Shown here: positions 1 through 7,893 of the stretch, piece by piece
Layout: each line of letters opens with the position of its first letter
Numbering within the stretch: the stretch's first letter is position 1
Source: an uncultured virus (IMG/VR IMGVR_UViG_3300030419_006277)
Lineage: Duplodnaviria; Heunggongvirae; Uroviricota; Caudoviricetes
DNA: 64,000 nucleotides
Direction: 5' to 3' (one strand)
IMG/VR virus record: IMGVR_UViG_3300030419_006277
Coordinates: 1 to 64,000 of that record
The notes under the pieces: generated by a model
Databases searched by the model: none
Seen by the model: only the letters and a program-made list of their open reading frames with translations
What the model was told of the DNA's origin: nothing
Translations under genes and position numbers: made by a program

Positions 1-156
1 GTCTGTTTCTTTTGTTGGTTCAGTCACGGTTTTAATGATTGGTTGGGCTTGTACCCTAGGTCTTGAGACTACTGCTACTTTACTTAGGAATTCATCTGCT
101 TTTTTTCTTGGGCTTTTAATTGTTCTAGTAGCCGTAACCATCATCGTTGTGATCAT
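1..156 (-). CDS. Hypothetical protein, runs off the left edge (MITTMMVTATRTIKSPRKKADEFLSKV...)
   Basis: Manual translation; open frame to window edge, co-oriented with neighbours. Confidence 0.45.
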   Translation of the reverse strand, partial: MITTMMVTATRTIKSPRKKADEFLSKVAVVSRPRVQAQPIIKTVTEPTKETD

Positions 157-212
157 CTGCGCCTAATATTAATACCCAAAGCCATATAAGGCCAAGAATT
201 AACATAATTGTT

Positions 213-410
213 TCAAATACTGGTATTGGAATCATCGACAATCTTTACTTTATAGATGGTGGTTTTGGCTGCTTTCTTGGCAAATGAAAGATCGATTCTT
301 TTCTTTAGCCAATAGAGGAATACTAGGACAAGGATGAATTGAATACCCTCTCCCCAGGACATCTCCCACGCCTGCACAAGATCGAGGTTAGCTGCTGCAA
401 ATAAGTTCAT
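213..410 (-). CDS. Small hypothetical membrane protein
   Basis: ORF with a hydrophobic segment (IQFILVLVFLYWL); start overlaps the upstream gene stop. Confidence 0.55.
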   Translation of the reverse strand: MNLFAAANLDLVQAWEMSWGEGIQFILVLVFLYWLKKRIDLSFAKKAAKTTIYKVKIVDDSNTSI

Positions 411-616
411 TAGAGGTACGCTTTACTGATGTTTGTAGCGAAGCCGATCAATGTAACCCCAGCGGCGAGTACTGCTGCTGCGCCTATCACCCACTTCTCT
501 ACCACTTTAAGACGTTCTCTCAATTCTTCTTGTTTTTCTTCCAGTCTTTCTACTTTCAACTGGAGAACAACGAGGCGTGTCTCTTGTCTTGCGTCAAGAG
601 TAAGATCTTCTGACAT
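410..616 (-). CDS. Coiled-coil protein with C-terminal TM helix (holin/hemolysin-XhlA-like architecture)
   Basis: Heptad-rich N-terminus followed by WVIGAAAVLAAGVTLIGF. Confidence 0.6.
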   Translation of the reverse strand: MSEDLTLDARQETRLVVLQLKVERLEEKQEELRERLKVVEKWVIGAAAVLAAGVTLIGFATNISKAYL

Positions 617-635
617 TTTTATTCAGTGATTGCCG

Positions 636-1154
636 TTACTTTATCCTATCTAAATTGAAGGAGAGGATTATTTTATCGTGGTTTGTGTTGTTAGGAGGAG
701 AGCGATGTAGGGCAAATGCATCGAAGAGAATTATGTCTCCTTCCTCTACTAGTAATTCAGGTGTGTCTTGGAATTCAGTCTTTATTTTTGGGTCTTTTAA
801 TCTGAGATAGTAGATACCCGATACTTCACAGTTGGAGGAGGAGTGATTATGGTAATCATGATATGAACCTGTATTTTTTCCATAGTATTGATACCATATA
901 GCGTTCATAAAATATTTATTACTTGTTACTTCTTCTATTTTTTGCTTTAGATATTTGTTATATAGTTCGCTGAGGTCTTTTGTTGCTTTGCTATTTCTAA
1001 ATGAGCCTTTAGTTATTATTGATTTAGGCGCTGACTTTTTACTTAATGCTGGTTCTATATATGATCCACTACTTTTGTCATGGAAAATATAATTTAGGAA
1101 TTTCCTTTTAATACGCCATCCAGGTTTTTGAACTTTGTAGATGGAAGGTTGCAT
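636..1154 (-). CDS. Putative 2OG-Fe(II) oxygenase (cyanophage type)
   Basis: HxH (YHNH), SGIYYL, EGDIILF..LH, K/R-IILSFN motifs. Confidence 0.8.
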   Translation of the reverse strand: MQPSIYKVQKPGWRIKRKFLNYIFHDKSSGSYIEPALSKKSAPKSIITKGSFRNSKATKDLSELYNKYLKQKIEEVTSNKYFMNAIWYQYYGKNTGSYHDYHNHSSSNCEVSGIYYLRLKDPKIKTEFQDTPELLVEEGDIILFDAFALHRSPPNNTNHDKIILSFNLDRIK

Positions 1155-1163
1155 GGGATTAGA

Positions 1164-1210
1164 AGGGGTACCCCTAAAAACGAAAGTAAAATGGGCAAAA
1201 CGAAAGTAAA
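1164..1210. repeat. 12-bp palindrome AGGGGTACCCCT followed by direct repeat AAAACGAAAGTAAA x2 (20-bp period)
   Basis: Palindrome 1164-1175; repeats 1177-1190 and 1197-1210; intergenic. Confidence 0.75.
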
Positions 1211-1411
1211 TTAGAACGAATCATGAGTCCACGCAAAAGGCGGGTCAATTAAACATTCATGCATGTGATCTAGATCTTTATAGATTTCACTGAGTTGTTC
1301 AATTATTTCTTCTGTACCTTTTAGATTGCTCAGATGTTTTTGAACTTCGAGTATGCCGTCTTTAGCGTCGATAAGACTTCGGCATTCCATAGTTCCAGGT
1401 TCGTAGGGCAT
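1211..1411 (-). CDS. Hypothetical protein
   Basis: ORF in tightly packed leftward operon. Confidence 0.6.
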   Translation of the reverse strand: MPYEPGTMECRSLIDAKDGILEVQKHLSNLKGTEEIIEQLSEIYKDLDHMHECLIDPPFAWTHDSF

Positions 1412-1417
1412 GATGAT

Positions 1418-1747
1418 TTAGTGAACGTTTTTCCAGGTTTTTCCTATAATTACATCTCGGATACAGGAGTCACTTAAGTTATATTCAAGTGCAAGAAGAA
1501 TAATTGTTTCTGACCTTGGCACTCCTAGCTCTTTATCTTCTTTTGCTCTTTCTCTTATTTTCAGGATTTGGTCTCTTTTTAATTTACCGCTTGTTGGAAA
1601 CTTTCTTGGTAAATATTTAACTATCTTTTCTTCCGTCTTAAATCTAGTCCCACAGTCTAAACATCGGTTGTATCTGATCGTATGGTCAGCCCTATGCTCA
1701 GTTACCGTAACTCTGGTGTTTTTATACCTGCACTTAGGGCACTTCAT
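1418..1747 (-). CDS. NrdR-like N-terminal Zn-ribbon plus C-terminal HTH protein
   Basis: CPKC...TRV...RYNRCLDCGTRFKTEE resembles the NrdR Zn ribbon; LALEYNLSDSCIRDVI.GKTW resembles an HTH. Confidence 0.7.
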   Translation of the reverse strand: MKCPKCRYKNTRVTVTEHRADHTIRYNRCLDCGTRFKTEEKIVKYLPRKFPTSGKLKRDQILKIRERAKEDKELGVPRSETIILLALEYNLSDSCIRDVIIGKTWKNVH

Positions 1748-1983
1748 ACTTCTTCTCTCCTAAGTCTCGCTTGATTATATATTTCAGTTCTTCCGTTGTC
1801 CCATTTAACTTTGTAATGGAATCTAGTAGCTCCTCTAGTGTCTGGTTTATTGAAAGGTTCTTCAGCGATAATTCCCTTCCGTGGAGCTGACTCAGCTTGT
1901 TTTGAGAAGCTACTTTTAGGTGCTTCCATGATGCGTTCACCGAGTTTGTATTTCGGTGTTGGAGCTGCTTTTTTGATTGGCAT
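1744..1983 (-). CDS. Hypothetical protein (KOW/SH3-like; start at MPIKK)
   Basis: KYKLGERI...YKVKWDNG pattern; conserved leader ACCAATTAAAACAATG marks the start at 1983. Confidence 0.6.
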   Translation of the reverse strand: MPIKKAAPTPKYKLGERIMEAPKSSFSKQAESAPRKGIIAEEPFNKPDTRGATRFHYKVKWDNGRTEIYNQARLRREEV

Positions 1984-2021
1984 TGTTTTAATTGGTAAGT
2001 GTGCGAGTTGTGGAAAGTTGA

Positions 2022-2453
2022 TTAACCTCCATCTATTTGACAACCAATCATTGCTCCTGCAACTCCTCCTGCGGGGACTGCAAGCCATTGATCTTTACCA
2101 CGTGAACCCATACCAGCTAGACCTGCACCTAAAAGTCCACCAATGATAGTTCCTTCACTGCAATCATTTGTATCTTGGGCAGTCTGAGGAACTGGTGCTG
2201 GTGCCGTCTGGTATACCGGAGTGGTGTGGTGGTGATGACGTGAGCTAGTAGTTGTTTGTGAATTGCAGGGAACTTCTATAGTTTCATTCCAGCTTTTTAC
2301 ATAACCTGGAGATGTTTTTGTCCCTGGAACATATTCTTCTCTGTATTCATTGCGAGTACAGGTTTCAGACCTGGAGTAGCCTGATTGGTATTCTCCGGCA
2401 ATGACAGGAGAGAAAGTACTTAGAGCTAGTAAGGCAGCAATAGTTGTTTTCAT
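2022..2453 (-). CDS. Exported glycine-zipper (2TM) protein of picocyanobacterial/cyanophage type
   Basis: Signal peptide; C..EYREEYVPG...PGYV...EVPC; GTIIGGLLGAGLAG...GGVAGAMIGCQIDGG. Confidence 0.75.
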   Translation of the reverse strand: MKTTIAALLALSTFSPVIAGEYQSGYSRSETCTRNEYREEYVPGTKTSPGYVKSWNETIEVPCNSQTTTSSRHHHHTTPVYQTAPAPVPQTAQDTNDCSEGTIIGGLLGAGLAGMGSRGKDQWLAVPAGGVAGAMIGCQIDGG

Positions 2454-2454
2454 T

Positions 2455-2532
2455 TTAGTAATTGTGGTGAATATTTCTGAGGATGATGTAGATCAAGACC
2501 ACTACACACACCCAGATAATGAAGGAAGTCAT
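2455..2532 (-). CDS. 25-aa hydrophobic peptide MTSFIIWVCVVVLIYIILRNIHHNY
   Basis: Manual translation; TAATG coupling with the upstream ORF. Confidence 0.45.
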   Translation of the reverse strand: MTSFIIWVCVVVLIYIILRNIHHNY

Positions 2533-2699
2533 TAGAAGAAAATGCAAGGGTTGACATCATGTTGGTCATCGTCGATGACCTCAATCATGTTGAAAGGAAC
2601 TGGTTCTCCTTTTCTGCTGACGCTGATTTTGAATTGGTGGCATTTACTGTCCTCCTCATCATCTTCAACTTTAATTAAATAGTAGAACTTTTTAGTCAT
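2532..2699 (-). CDS. 55-aa hypothetical protein (MTKKFYYLIKVEDD...)
   Basis: Manual translation; fills the gap between packed ORFs. Confidence 0.5.
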   Translation of the reverse strand: MTKKFYYLIKVEDDEEDSKCHQFKISVSRKGEPVPFNMIEVIDDDQHDVNPCIFF

Positions 2700-2701
2700 G
2701 A

Positions 2702-3268
2702 TTAGAAAGGAATTTCGTCTTTGTCATAGAGGAATCGTCCTGTAATCGGGTCTATTTCTAGCCCTGTAATCGGATCAACTCGGCTTAAGCATTCATCTAA
2801 GCGGTCAAGATCTTTACCTAACTTGACCTTTTTCATGATGCTTTCTTTAGGGATTTTTCCAGTAGCTGGAGATAACCTATCTTTAACGAATTCATTAAAG
2901 GAGTTTTGTATTTCAGCTCCCCAGCACCCACCTGGGTCGATACTTGGGAGTTGTTCTAGGAGTTTGACTCGTGCCTTTGTAGCACCAACTGCGGCTGAGA
3001 AGTTACCTGCTTCCCTTGCGTCTAGTCGGTCACGTTTGAGGTCATTAAGGCAACTGTAGAACTCGAATTTAATGTCTCCTTCATCGAGTAGTTCAAGTAC
3101 AAGTACTTTCCCTTCTCTTACGTAAGACCGTGCTTGTTGAGCAGTCACGTTGTAAGTAGCAGCTAGATGATTGACGACCTCATTAGCTGGCCATCCTTTT
3201 GCAAGGAATTCTGCTGCTAGTTCTCGTCGTTCTTCTAGTTGTTGTTTAGTAGCTCGTTCGTTAGTCAT
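2702..3268 (-). CDS. Hypothetical protein with N-terminal HTH-like region
   Basis: LAKGWPANEVVNHLAATYNVTAQQARSYV helix-turn-helix pattern; DPITG x2 near the C-terminus. Confidence 0.65.
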   Translation of the reverse strand: MTNERATKQQLEERRELAAEFLAKGWPANEVVNHLAATYNVTAQQARSYVREGKVLVLELLDEGDIKFEFYSCLNDLKRDRLDAREAGNFSAAVGATKARVKLLEQLPSIDPGGCWGAEIQNSFNEFVKDRLSPATGKIPKESIMKKVKLGKDLDRLDECLSRVDPITGLEIDPITGRFLYDKDEIPF

Positions 3269-3459
3269 TACTTATCCCTCCTACTATTTCTAATGCTGAC
3301 TACATCGAACATATCAAATACTCGATGTTGCGCCGCAGTAAAAGGATCTGAGTCGGGATACTTTTCTTCTTCCCATTCTCTATAAGACTGGAGCATGTCT
3401 TGGGTGGCGTTGGCATCCTCTTGGTTGAGCATGTTGAGTTGTACGTATTCTTTAGTCAT
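3268..3459 (-). CDS. Hypothetical protein
   Basis: ORF coupled to both neighbours. Confidence 0.55.
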   Translation of the reverse strand: MTKEYVQLNMLNQEDANATQDMLQSYREWEEEKYPDSDPFTAAQHRVFDMFDVVSIRNSRRDK

Positions 3460-3977
3460 GCTGTTAAGTCTCCCTCTTCATATGAACTAGGAGTGCCATC
3501 AGATTTAGGAAGTTCATCGCTATGAATTCCTTCATAAATGAATTTTCCTTCTGTAGTTCCAGCTTCGCTTTTGGTTGACTCTTCCTCCTGATACATCATT
3601 GGGCGTTTGGTTAAGTTTGTACCTTTTGGTAGAGCCACAATTATGGATTCCTCTTTACTTTTAGTTGACTCTTCGTCGAGAATTTCTTGAGCTTCTTCTT
3701 TAATTGCTTTCTCTTCTCTTTCTATACTTTCTGTACTACGTTCTTTCATCCAATCAAGGTGTTTGATTAGTGATGTTTTCGCTTCGATAGTATCAATGAG
3801 TCGATGACGACTAACGACTACATTGTCTTTATCTTCTGGGTGTAGGCAGTCCATCTCCTCTTGTGCTGCACAGGCAGCGGCCTCAATAGTGGAATAAACT
3901 CCTTTAATCCAATAGCCGTTATCGTTTTTGTAGGGATTAACGACCACGAATACGTCTTGTGAAATTGGTTTAGTCAT
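3456..3977 (-). CDS. Acidic hypothetical protein (start at MTKPISQD)
   Basis: ATG at 3977 overlaps the end of the Zn-finger ORF; internal EESTKS repeated twice. Confidence 0.6.
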   Translation of the reverse strand: MTKPISQDVFVVVNPYKNDNGYWIKGVYSTIEAAACAAQEEMDCLHPEDKDNVVVSRHRLIDTIEAKTSLIKHLDWMKERSTESIEREEKAIKEEAQEILDEESTKSKEESIIVALPKGTNLTKRPMMYQEEESTKSEAGTTEGKFIYEGIHSDELPKSDGTPSSYEEGDLTA

Positions 3978-4122
3978 TAGGTTCGGTGGTAGGTGTGCTG
4001 ATGATCCAGGCAGCTTTTTCGATCGGGAAGTTACATATAGCACACCAAAGGATGTTCCAATTCATCTTGTAAACGGTGTGCTCCGTGCCACAGTCAGGGC
4101 ACGTTAATGTAACTTTCGTCAT
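3970..4122 (-). CDS. 50-aa Zn-finger protein (CPDC...CAIC)
   Basis: Manual translation MTKVTLTCPDCGTEHTVYKMNWNILWCAICNFPIEKAAW...; ATGA overlap with the upstream gene. Confidence 0.65.
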   Translation of the reverse strand: MTKVTLTCPDCGTEHTVYKMNWNILWCAICNFPIEKAAWIISTPTTEPND

Positions 4123-4658
4123 GATTTCTCCTCCTGGTGATAATACATAGGTTCGATAGTCTTACGCTCCAGAGATGGGAACTCTGGTAAATCTTCAAAC
4201 CCAGGTATTACTTTATCGCCCTCATTATCTGTAAGTCCTATTTCATATTCTTCTGTTATTTCTTCTATTTCATCAGCTACTCTTATATATTTTTTGGACA
4301 TCTTTGGATACTCCATTAATAGTTCTGTACTGTCATTTATAGTTGGTCGAAACTCATCTTCTTTAACGTAATAATCTGTATAAATGTCTCTTAAACCATG
4401 TATTGCAAACTTCATTGCTTTTAAACAACGTTCTGCATCTGCATTATCATTTTGATATTCTTCATAGGCTTGTATTAAAGATTCAATGTGGCTGAGAAAG
4501 TGATAATGATTTTGTTCCCACCAACAGCCAACATTTAATTGACGCTGAGCGCGGTGGCGGAGGTTGCGGTGGGCAAAGTAGGTATAGGCGGGTGAGACGG
4601 GTAGACCGTCGTTGAAGGGTAGTTTGACGTCCTCGAGGTCAGTAATGTGTTTTAGCAT
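4119..4658 (-). CDS. Hypothetical protein
   Basis: 179-aa ORF in operon. Confidence 0.65.
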   Translation of the reverse strand: MLKHITDLEDVKLPFNDGLPVSPAYTYFAHRNLRHRAQRQLNVGCWWEQNHYHFLSHIESLIQAYEEYQNDNADAERCLKAMKFAIHGLRDIYTDYYVKEDEFRPTINDSTELLMEYPKMSKKYIRVADEIEEITEEYEIGLTDNEGDKVIPGFEDLPEFPSLERKTIEPMYYHQEEKS

Positions 4659-4912
4659 GACTTTGGTGGTGGTTGTGGTGGTGTGAAGGTGTAGTAGTTG
4701 CAGACGTCTACGTAATGGTCGACCTCAGAGATGAAGACACAGTGCCAACCAGATTTCTCTGAGTGAACCATGATTTTTCCATGTGGATCTGCATGATTGT
4801 CTGGTGGGAGGTTTTCTTTGGATAGCTCATAGATGTTTTCCTCAAGGATGATGTCAGTACGTAGTTGACTCATGGCAAGATCTGCTCCGCCGTCTCGTGA
4901 ATCAAGTCCCAT
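4652..4912 (-). CDS. Hypothetical protein
   Basis: ORF in operon. Confidence 0.55.
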   Translation of the reverse strand: MGLDSRDGGADLAMSQLRTDIILEENIYELSKENLPPDNHADPHGKIMVHSEKSGWHCVFISEVDHYVDVCNYYTFTPPQPPPKSC

Positions 4913-5091
4913 TGTGTCCCTCCTGTGTTTGCAAGTGTGCCTTTGACAAGCCGTATTTCCTTGTCTGTTCCAGAAGTTTTGGCGTCCCGCACTGCATTTT
5001 TAAAACATTGGTAACCCCCTGCGTAGGTAAACCGCTTGGCCAGAATGTGGTCACCCGAATATACAAGCCAGGCTGGGCATTCTTTTAGCAT
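4870..5091 (-). CDS. Hypothetical protein
   Basis: ORF in operon. Confidence 0.55.
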   Translation of the reverse strand: MLKECPAWLVYSGDHILAKRFTYAGGYQCFKNAVRDAKTSGTDKEIRLVKGTLANTGGTQWDLIHETAEQILP

Positions 5092-5600
5092 GGCTCTTGC
5101 ATGTGTAGGTGAGCGTTCTCTCGTTCTTTGTCGATGAACTTACAGATTTGAAGGAAGGCTGCTTCGATGTTGGCAGCTTCTGATACAGCTTTGTTGAATT
5201 CTTCGTCACTTTGATAATGTTCTCTAGTTAATCTGTTCTTACTTAGGAGTTTCTTTGCTTCTGTAAGTAGGGCTCTTGAATTCCAGAGGTCTTGAGAGTA
5301 GGCGATCACTTTCTCGTCGTTAGGTGTGAAGGTTGGCAGTGGTGGATTGCGCGAGAGCACTTCTGTCTGGGTCGGTATTGCTATTGGATAGTTTTCAATA
5401 ATGGTTTCAGCTTCTTGTGTAGTGAAGTTGTATACATGTTTTAGTTGATCGTGTACATCTTCCATCGTCCAATGTACGAATGGAGTAAAGGTCAAGTTGA
5501 GGATTTCCTGGGCTCTAGCAGAGCTTGGAGATCCAGTTAAGAGACTGCGGAGTAGTAGTTCTTCTCTCTTCAGTTCTTTTTGGTGTTCTTGATGTGACAT
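5085..5600 (-). CDS. Hypothetical protein (start at MSHQEH)
   Basis: ATG 2 nt after the upstream stop. Confidence 0.6.
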   Translation of the reverse strand: MSHQEHQKELKREELLLRSLLTGSPSSARAQEILNLTFTPFVHWTMEDVHDQLKHVYNFTTQEAETIIENYPIAIPTQTEVLSRNPPLPTFTPNDEKVIAYSQDLWNSRALLTEAKKLLSKNRLTREHYQSDEEFNKAVSEAANIEAAFLQICKFIDKERENAHLHMQEPC

Positions 5601-5602
5601 TT

Positions 5603-5830
5603 TTAATAAGGTGATTGAAAGTGGATTTCCCAGTCGGTCATATTTTCCCAAGGGGCAATGAAAGTTCTATTAGCTTCTTCACCAGTTGAAATAAATAAAA
5701 TTACGTTCAATTGATGAAGGGCCAAATTAATTTCAAAACCCAGGATTCTAAATTCACCACCTTCAGGTGTTGTGACGATTGCGCCTTTGAGATAATCAAT
5801 CCCAAATGATGAGTGAGGACTAAATTTCAT
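5603..5830 (-). CDS. Hypothetical protein
   Basis: ORF with ATGA overlap. Confidence 0.6.
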   Translation of the reverse strand: MKFSPHSSFGIDYLKGAIVTTPEGGEFRILGFEINLALHQLNVILFISTGEEANRTFIAPWENMTDWEIHFQSPY

Positions 5831-6300
5831 TTGATTTTTGGTCCTGAGAAAACGACAGAAGTTTTAGTGCGTAGGTGTGTTGCTTCTTCATGCCTAATTT
5901 CCTTATTCATGAGGTCTTTTAGATCCTTAGCAGCCCTTTGATGTGCTTCTCTTAGACCTTCAGTCATTACTGAATATTTATATTCTTTAGTTTGTCGAAT
6001 AGAAAACTTCATCTCTTCATCACTACTTTCTATGTAGCAGTCGGAAGGCTTTTCTACCTCTTCTAGTAGAACTAATAGTCTCTGTTTGAAATCAAGTCTG
6101 ATTTCCTCTTTCCGATCTGATAATAGTTTTTCTTGCTCAAGGATTGTTTGATATTCTCCAAAAAGTGCATCTTGTTCTTTAACTGGGTCAATCTCTACAG
6201 GTCTCCCAGTTAAATTTTTGATGAAAGCCTTGGAGTCAGGCTCACGTGCTGGAGAGTGGATGGATGGTGTTTTAGTTGTGCGTGGCATAGTTTTAACCAA
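5827..6300 (-). CDS. Hypothetical coiled-coil protein
   Basis: 157-aa ORF in operon. Confidence 0.65.
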   Translation of the reverse strand: MVKTMPRTTKTPSIHSPAREPDSKAFIKNLTGRPVEIDPVKEQDALFGEYQTILEQEKLLSDRKEEIRLDFKQRLLVLLEEVEKPSDCYIESSDEEMKFSIRQTKEYKYSVMTEGLREAHQRAAKDLKDLMNKEIRHEEATHLRTKTSVVFSGPKIK

Positions 6301-6565
6301 AATCGGAGTGGTAGTGGCGGCGTGTGCGAGCAGGATTAAATCCTGTTTTCTCTTCCACTATATCTGGTGATTCAAGTTGAGGAGAAGAGGGAAGTAACAA
6401 ACCGTAAGAATAAATATTTTCGACGGTTAATTCGATGTCCCATGTCTCACAAATTCTCTTTAGTAAGTCATTGGCATTAGCTCTCTCATAGAGATTTTCA
6501 CTGCTGTTAGCAGCTTCTACAATCTTCTTGAGTTTTGCTTTTAGTTGTGGGGTTGGAGTACTCAT
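6293..6565 (-). CDS. Hypothetical protein
   Basis: ORF starting 20 nt after array B hairpin. Confidence 0.6.
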   Translation of the reverse strand: MSTPTPQLKAKLKKIVEAANSSENLYERANANDLLKRICETWDIELTVENIYSYGLLLPSSPQLESPDIVEEKTGFNPARTRRHYHSDFG

Positions 6566-6584
6566 GATTCAGAAGAATGTTGAA

Positions 6585-6723
6585 GGTAGTTCTTAACCGT
6601 GGAGCTACCAAGCGTGTTGGGGTGAGCCGAAAGGCATAGAATCGGATTGAATTAAGATGCACAGCGACAAGCCAAGAAGAATCGAATTGAATAGGACTTA
6701 CACCAAAGGATGCCTATTCAATT
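6585..6723 (-). ncRNA. Candidate guide RNA B: 5' hairpin, 17 pentamer units (YNY-NN, mostly YTC/YTT), conserved CCCAACACGCTT and 3' hairpin
   Basis: 5-nt periodicity 6612-6696; 3' stem-loop GGTAGCTC-CACGGTTAA-GAACTACC; 11-bp inverted repeat 6685-6695/6713-6723; homologous to 7894-8021. Confidence 0.8.
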
Positions 6724-7231
6724 ACATATCAGGTGGATTTATCTTTGGTACCTCCCCACCATCTCTTTTAAGTTTTAATACCTGCTTCCTTGCCCCATCA
6801 GCAGCCGAGGCTATGAAGGCATGTCTCGCTTGATTGGTTTCAAGTTGAGTTTTCTCATAACCACTTAGATTGTCTTTGTCCACGCGAGTGAACATGTATT
6901 TAGTGTTCTTTCTATGAGATTTAAGACCTGAATAAGCACGTTGATTTAGATATTCAAGTGCCTCTCCGTCTGTTAATACATAGAGGTTACCTTTAATCTG
7001 TTTAATGACTAATGGCTTGTTAATTAATTCTCTAGCTTCTTGAAGCCATTCTCTAACTCTTATGAGTTTGAAATTAACAGCCTGACTCGACTCTGGTGAC
7101 ATGACATCTGCTTTTTTAAATAAGATGTCGAACATTTCTTCGACTTTATGAGAAGGGATAGTTTCACCCTTCTGTAAATCACGCCATGCAATGCCAGCAA
7201 TTTGGATTGGATAATCGTTTGGATTGATCAT
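6722..7231 (-). CDS. Uncharacterised partner protein of the RAMP gene
   Basis: 169 aa; ATGA overlap with the RAMP gene; lies between the two arrays. Confidence 0.75.
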   Translation of the reverse strand: MINPNDYPIQIAGIAWRDLQKGETIPSHKVEEMFDILFKKADVMSPESSQAVNFKLIRVREWLQEARELINKPLVIKQIKGNLYVLTDGEALEYLNQRAYSGLKSHRKNTKYMFTRVDKDNLSGYEKTQLETNQARHAFIASAADGARKQVLKLKRDGGEVPKINPPDM

Positions 7232-7866
7232 GAATCTACCTCCTCAATTTGTGTTACAGCAAAGCGTCCGTGGCTAGGTCTCCAAGTACCTAGACCTTCC
7301 GACTTCCCTGCCATGTTGGCGATCTTCCTCAGTTGACTTGGCTCCATGATTTCATCATCAAGCATTAATTCAAATTTGGCTTTCCACTCTGGGAAGTAAA
7401 CACGATTAACCCATACACCCCTACTGGTGAAGGCAGCGAGCGCAAGTTTAGGTGACTTGGAGTTGATCATTTCGATAGCATCTTTTGGCCCGTCATAATC
7501 AATCTCTGGGTTGTTTGTAACGACTACAGAACGCAGTACATCTTTACCTAATTTCCATTTAGTAGCTGCATTGCGTAAGCAGCGTTGGAAGTTAGCTCCT
7601 GGCAGGTAAGGAGTATCAAAGCCAACAAAGTCGACGCGGTTGTCGCCTTCATCAACTTCACAGACTCCTTCATTCTTCCAATAGCAGGAGTAGAGCCAGT
7701 CAAGGATGCGAACTGCTCTGTGTACATCATCAGTCTTAGCTTTACCCTTCTTATCAGTGAAGTGCTGCTTTTGCTTAGCCGCTTCACCTAGAGGGTCGCT
7801 GTACTGGACGTTGGAGAGAAGCAGACCGCCTCTTCCTTCGAGGTGGACTTCAAAGTTTCTAAACAT
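7228..7866 (-). CDS. Stand-alone RAMP-superfamily (Cas7/Csm3-like; Vipr-like) RNA-binding protein
   Basis: N-terminal strand FEVHLEGRGGLLLSN; PYLPGANFQRCLRNAA resembles the Cas7-group P.IPGSS.KG.LR motif; R.YFPEW; C-terminal G-rich loop GLGTWRPSHGRF. Confidence 0.8.
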   Translation of the reverse strand: MFRNFEVHLEGRGGLLLSNVQYSDPLGEAAKQKQHFTDKKGKAKTDDVHRAVRILDWLYSCYWKNEGVCEVDEGDNRVDFVGFDTPYLPGANFQRCLRNAATKWKLGKDVLRSVVVTNNPEIDYDGPKDAIEMINSKSPKLALAAFTSRGVWVNRVYFPEWKAKFELMLDDEIMEPSQLRKIANMAGKSEGLGTWRPSHGRFAVTQIEEVDS

Positions 7867-7893
7867 GGTGGTGGTTTTGGTGTGGTGTGTGGT

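Noticed and set aside
4042..4054. 13-mer ACACCAAAGGATG shared with 6700-6712 in the array B leader
   Set aside because: This copy lies inside a coding Zn-finger ORF, and isolated 13-mer matches are expected by chance in 64 kb.
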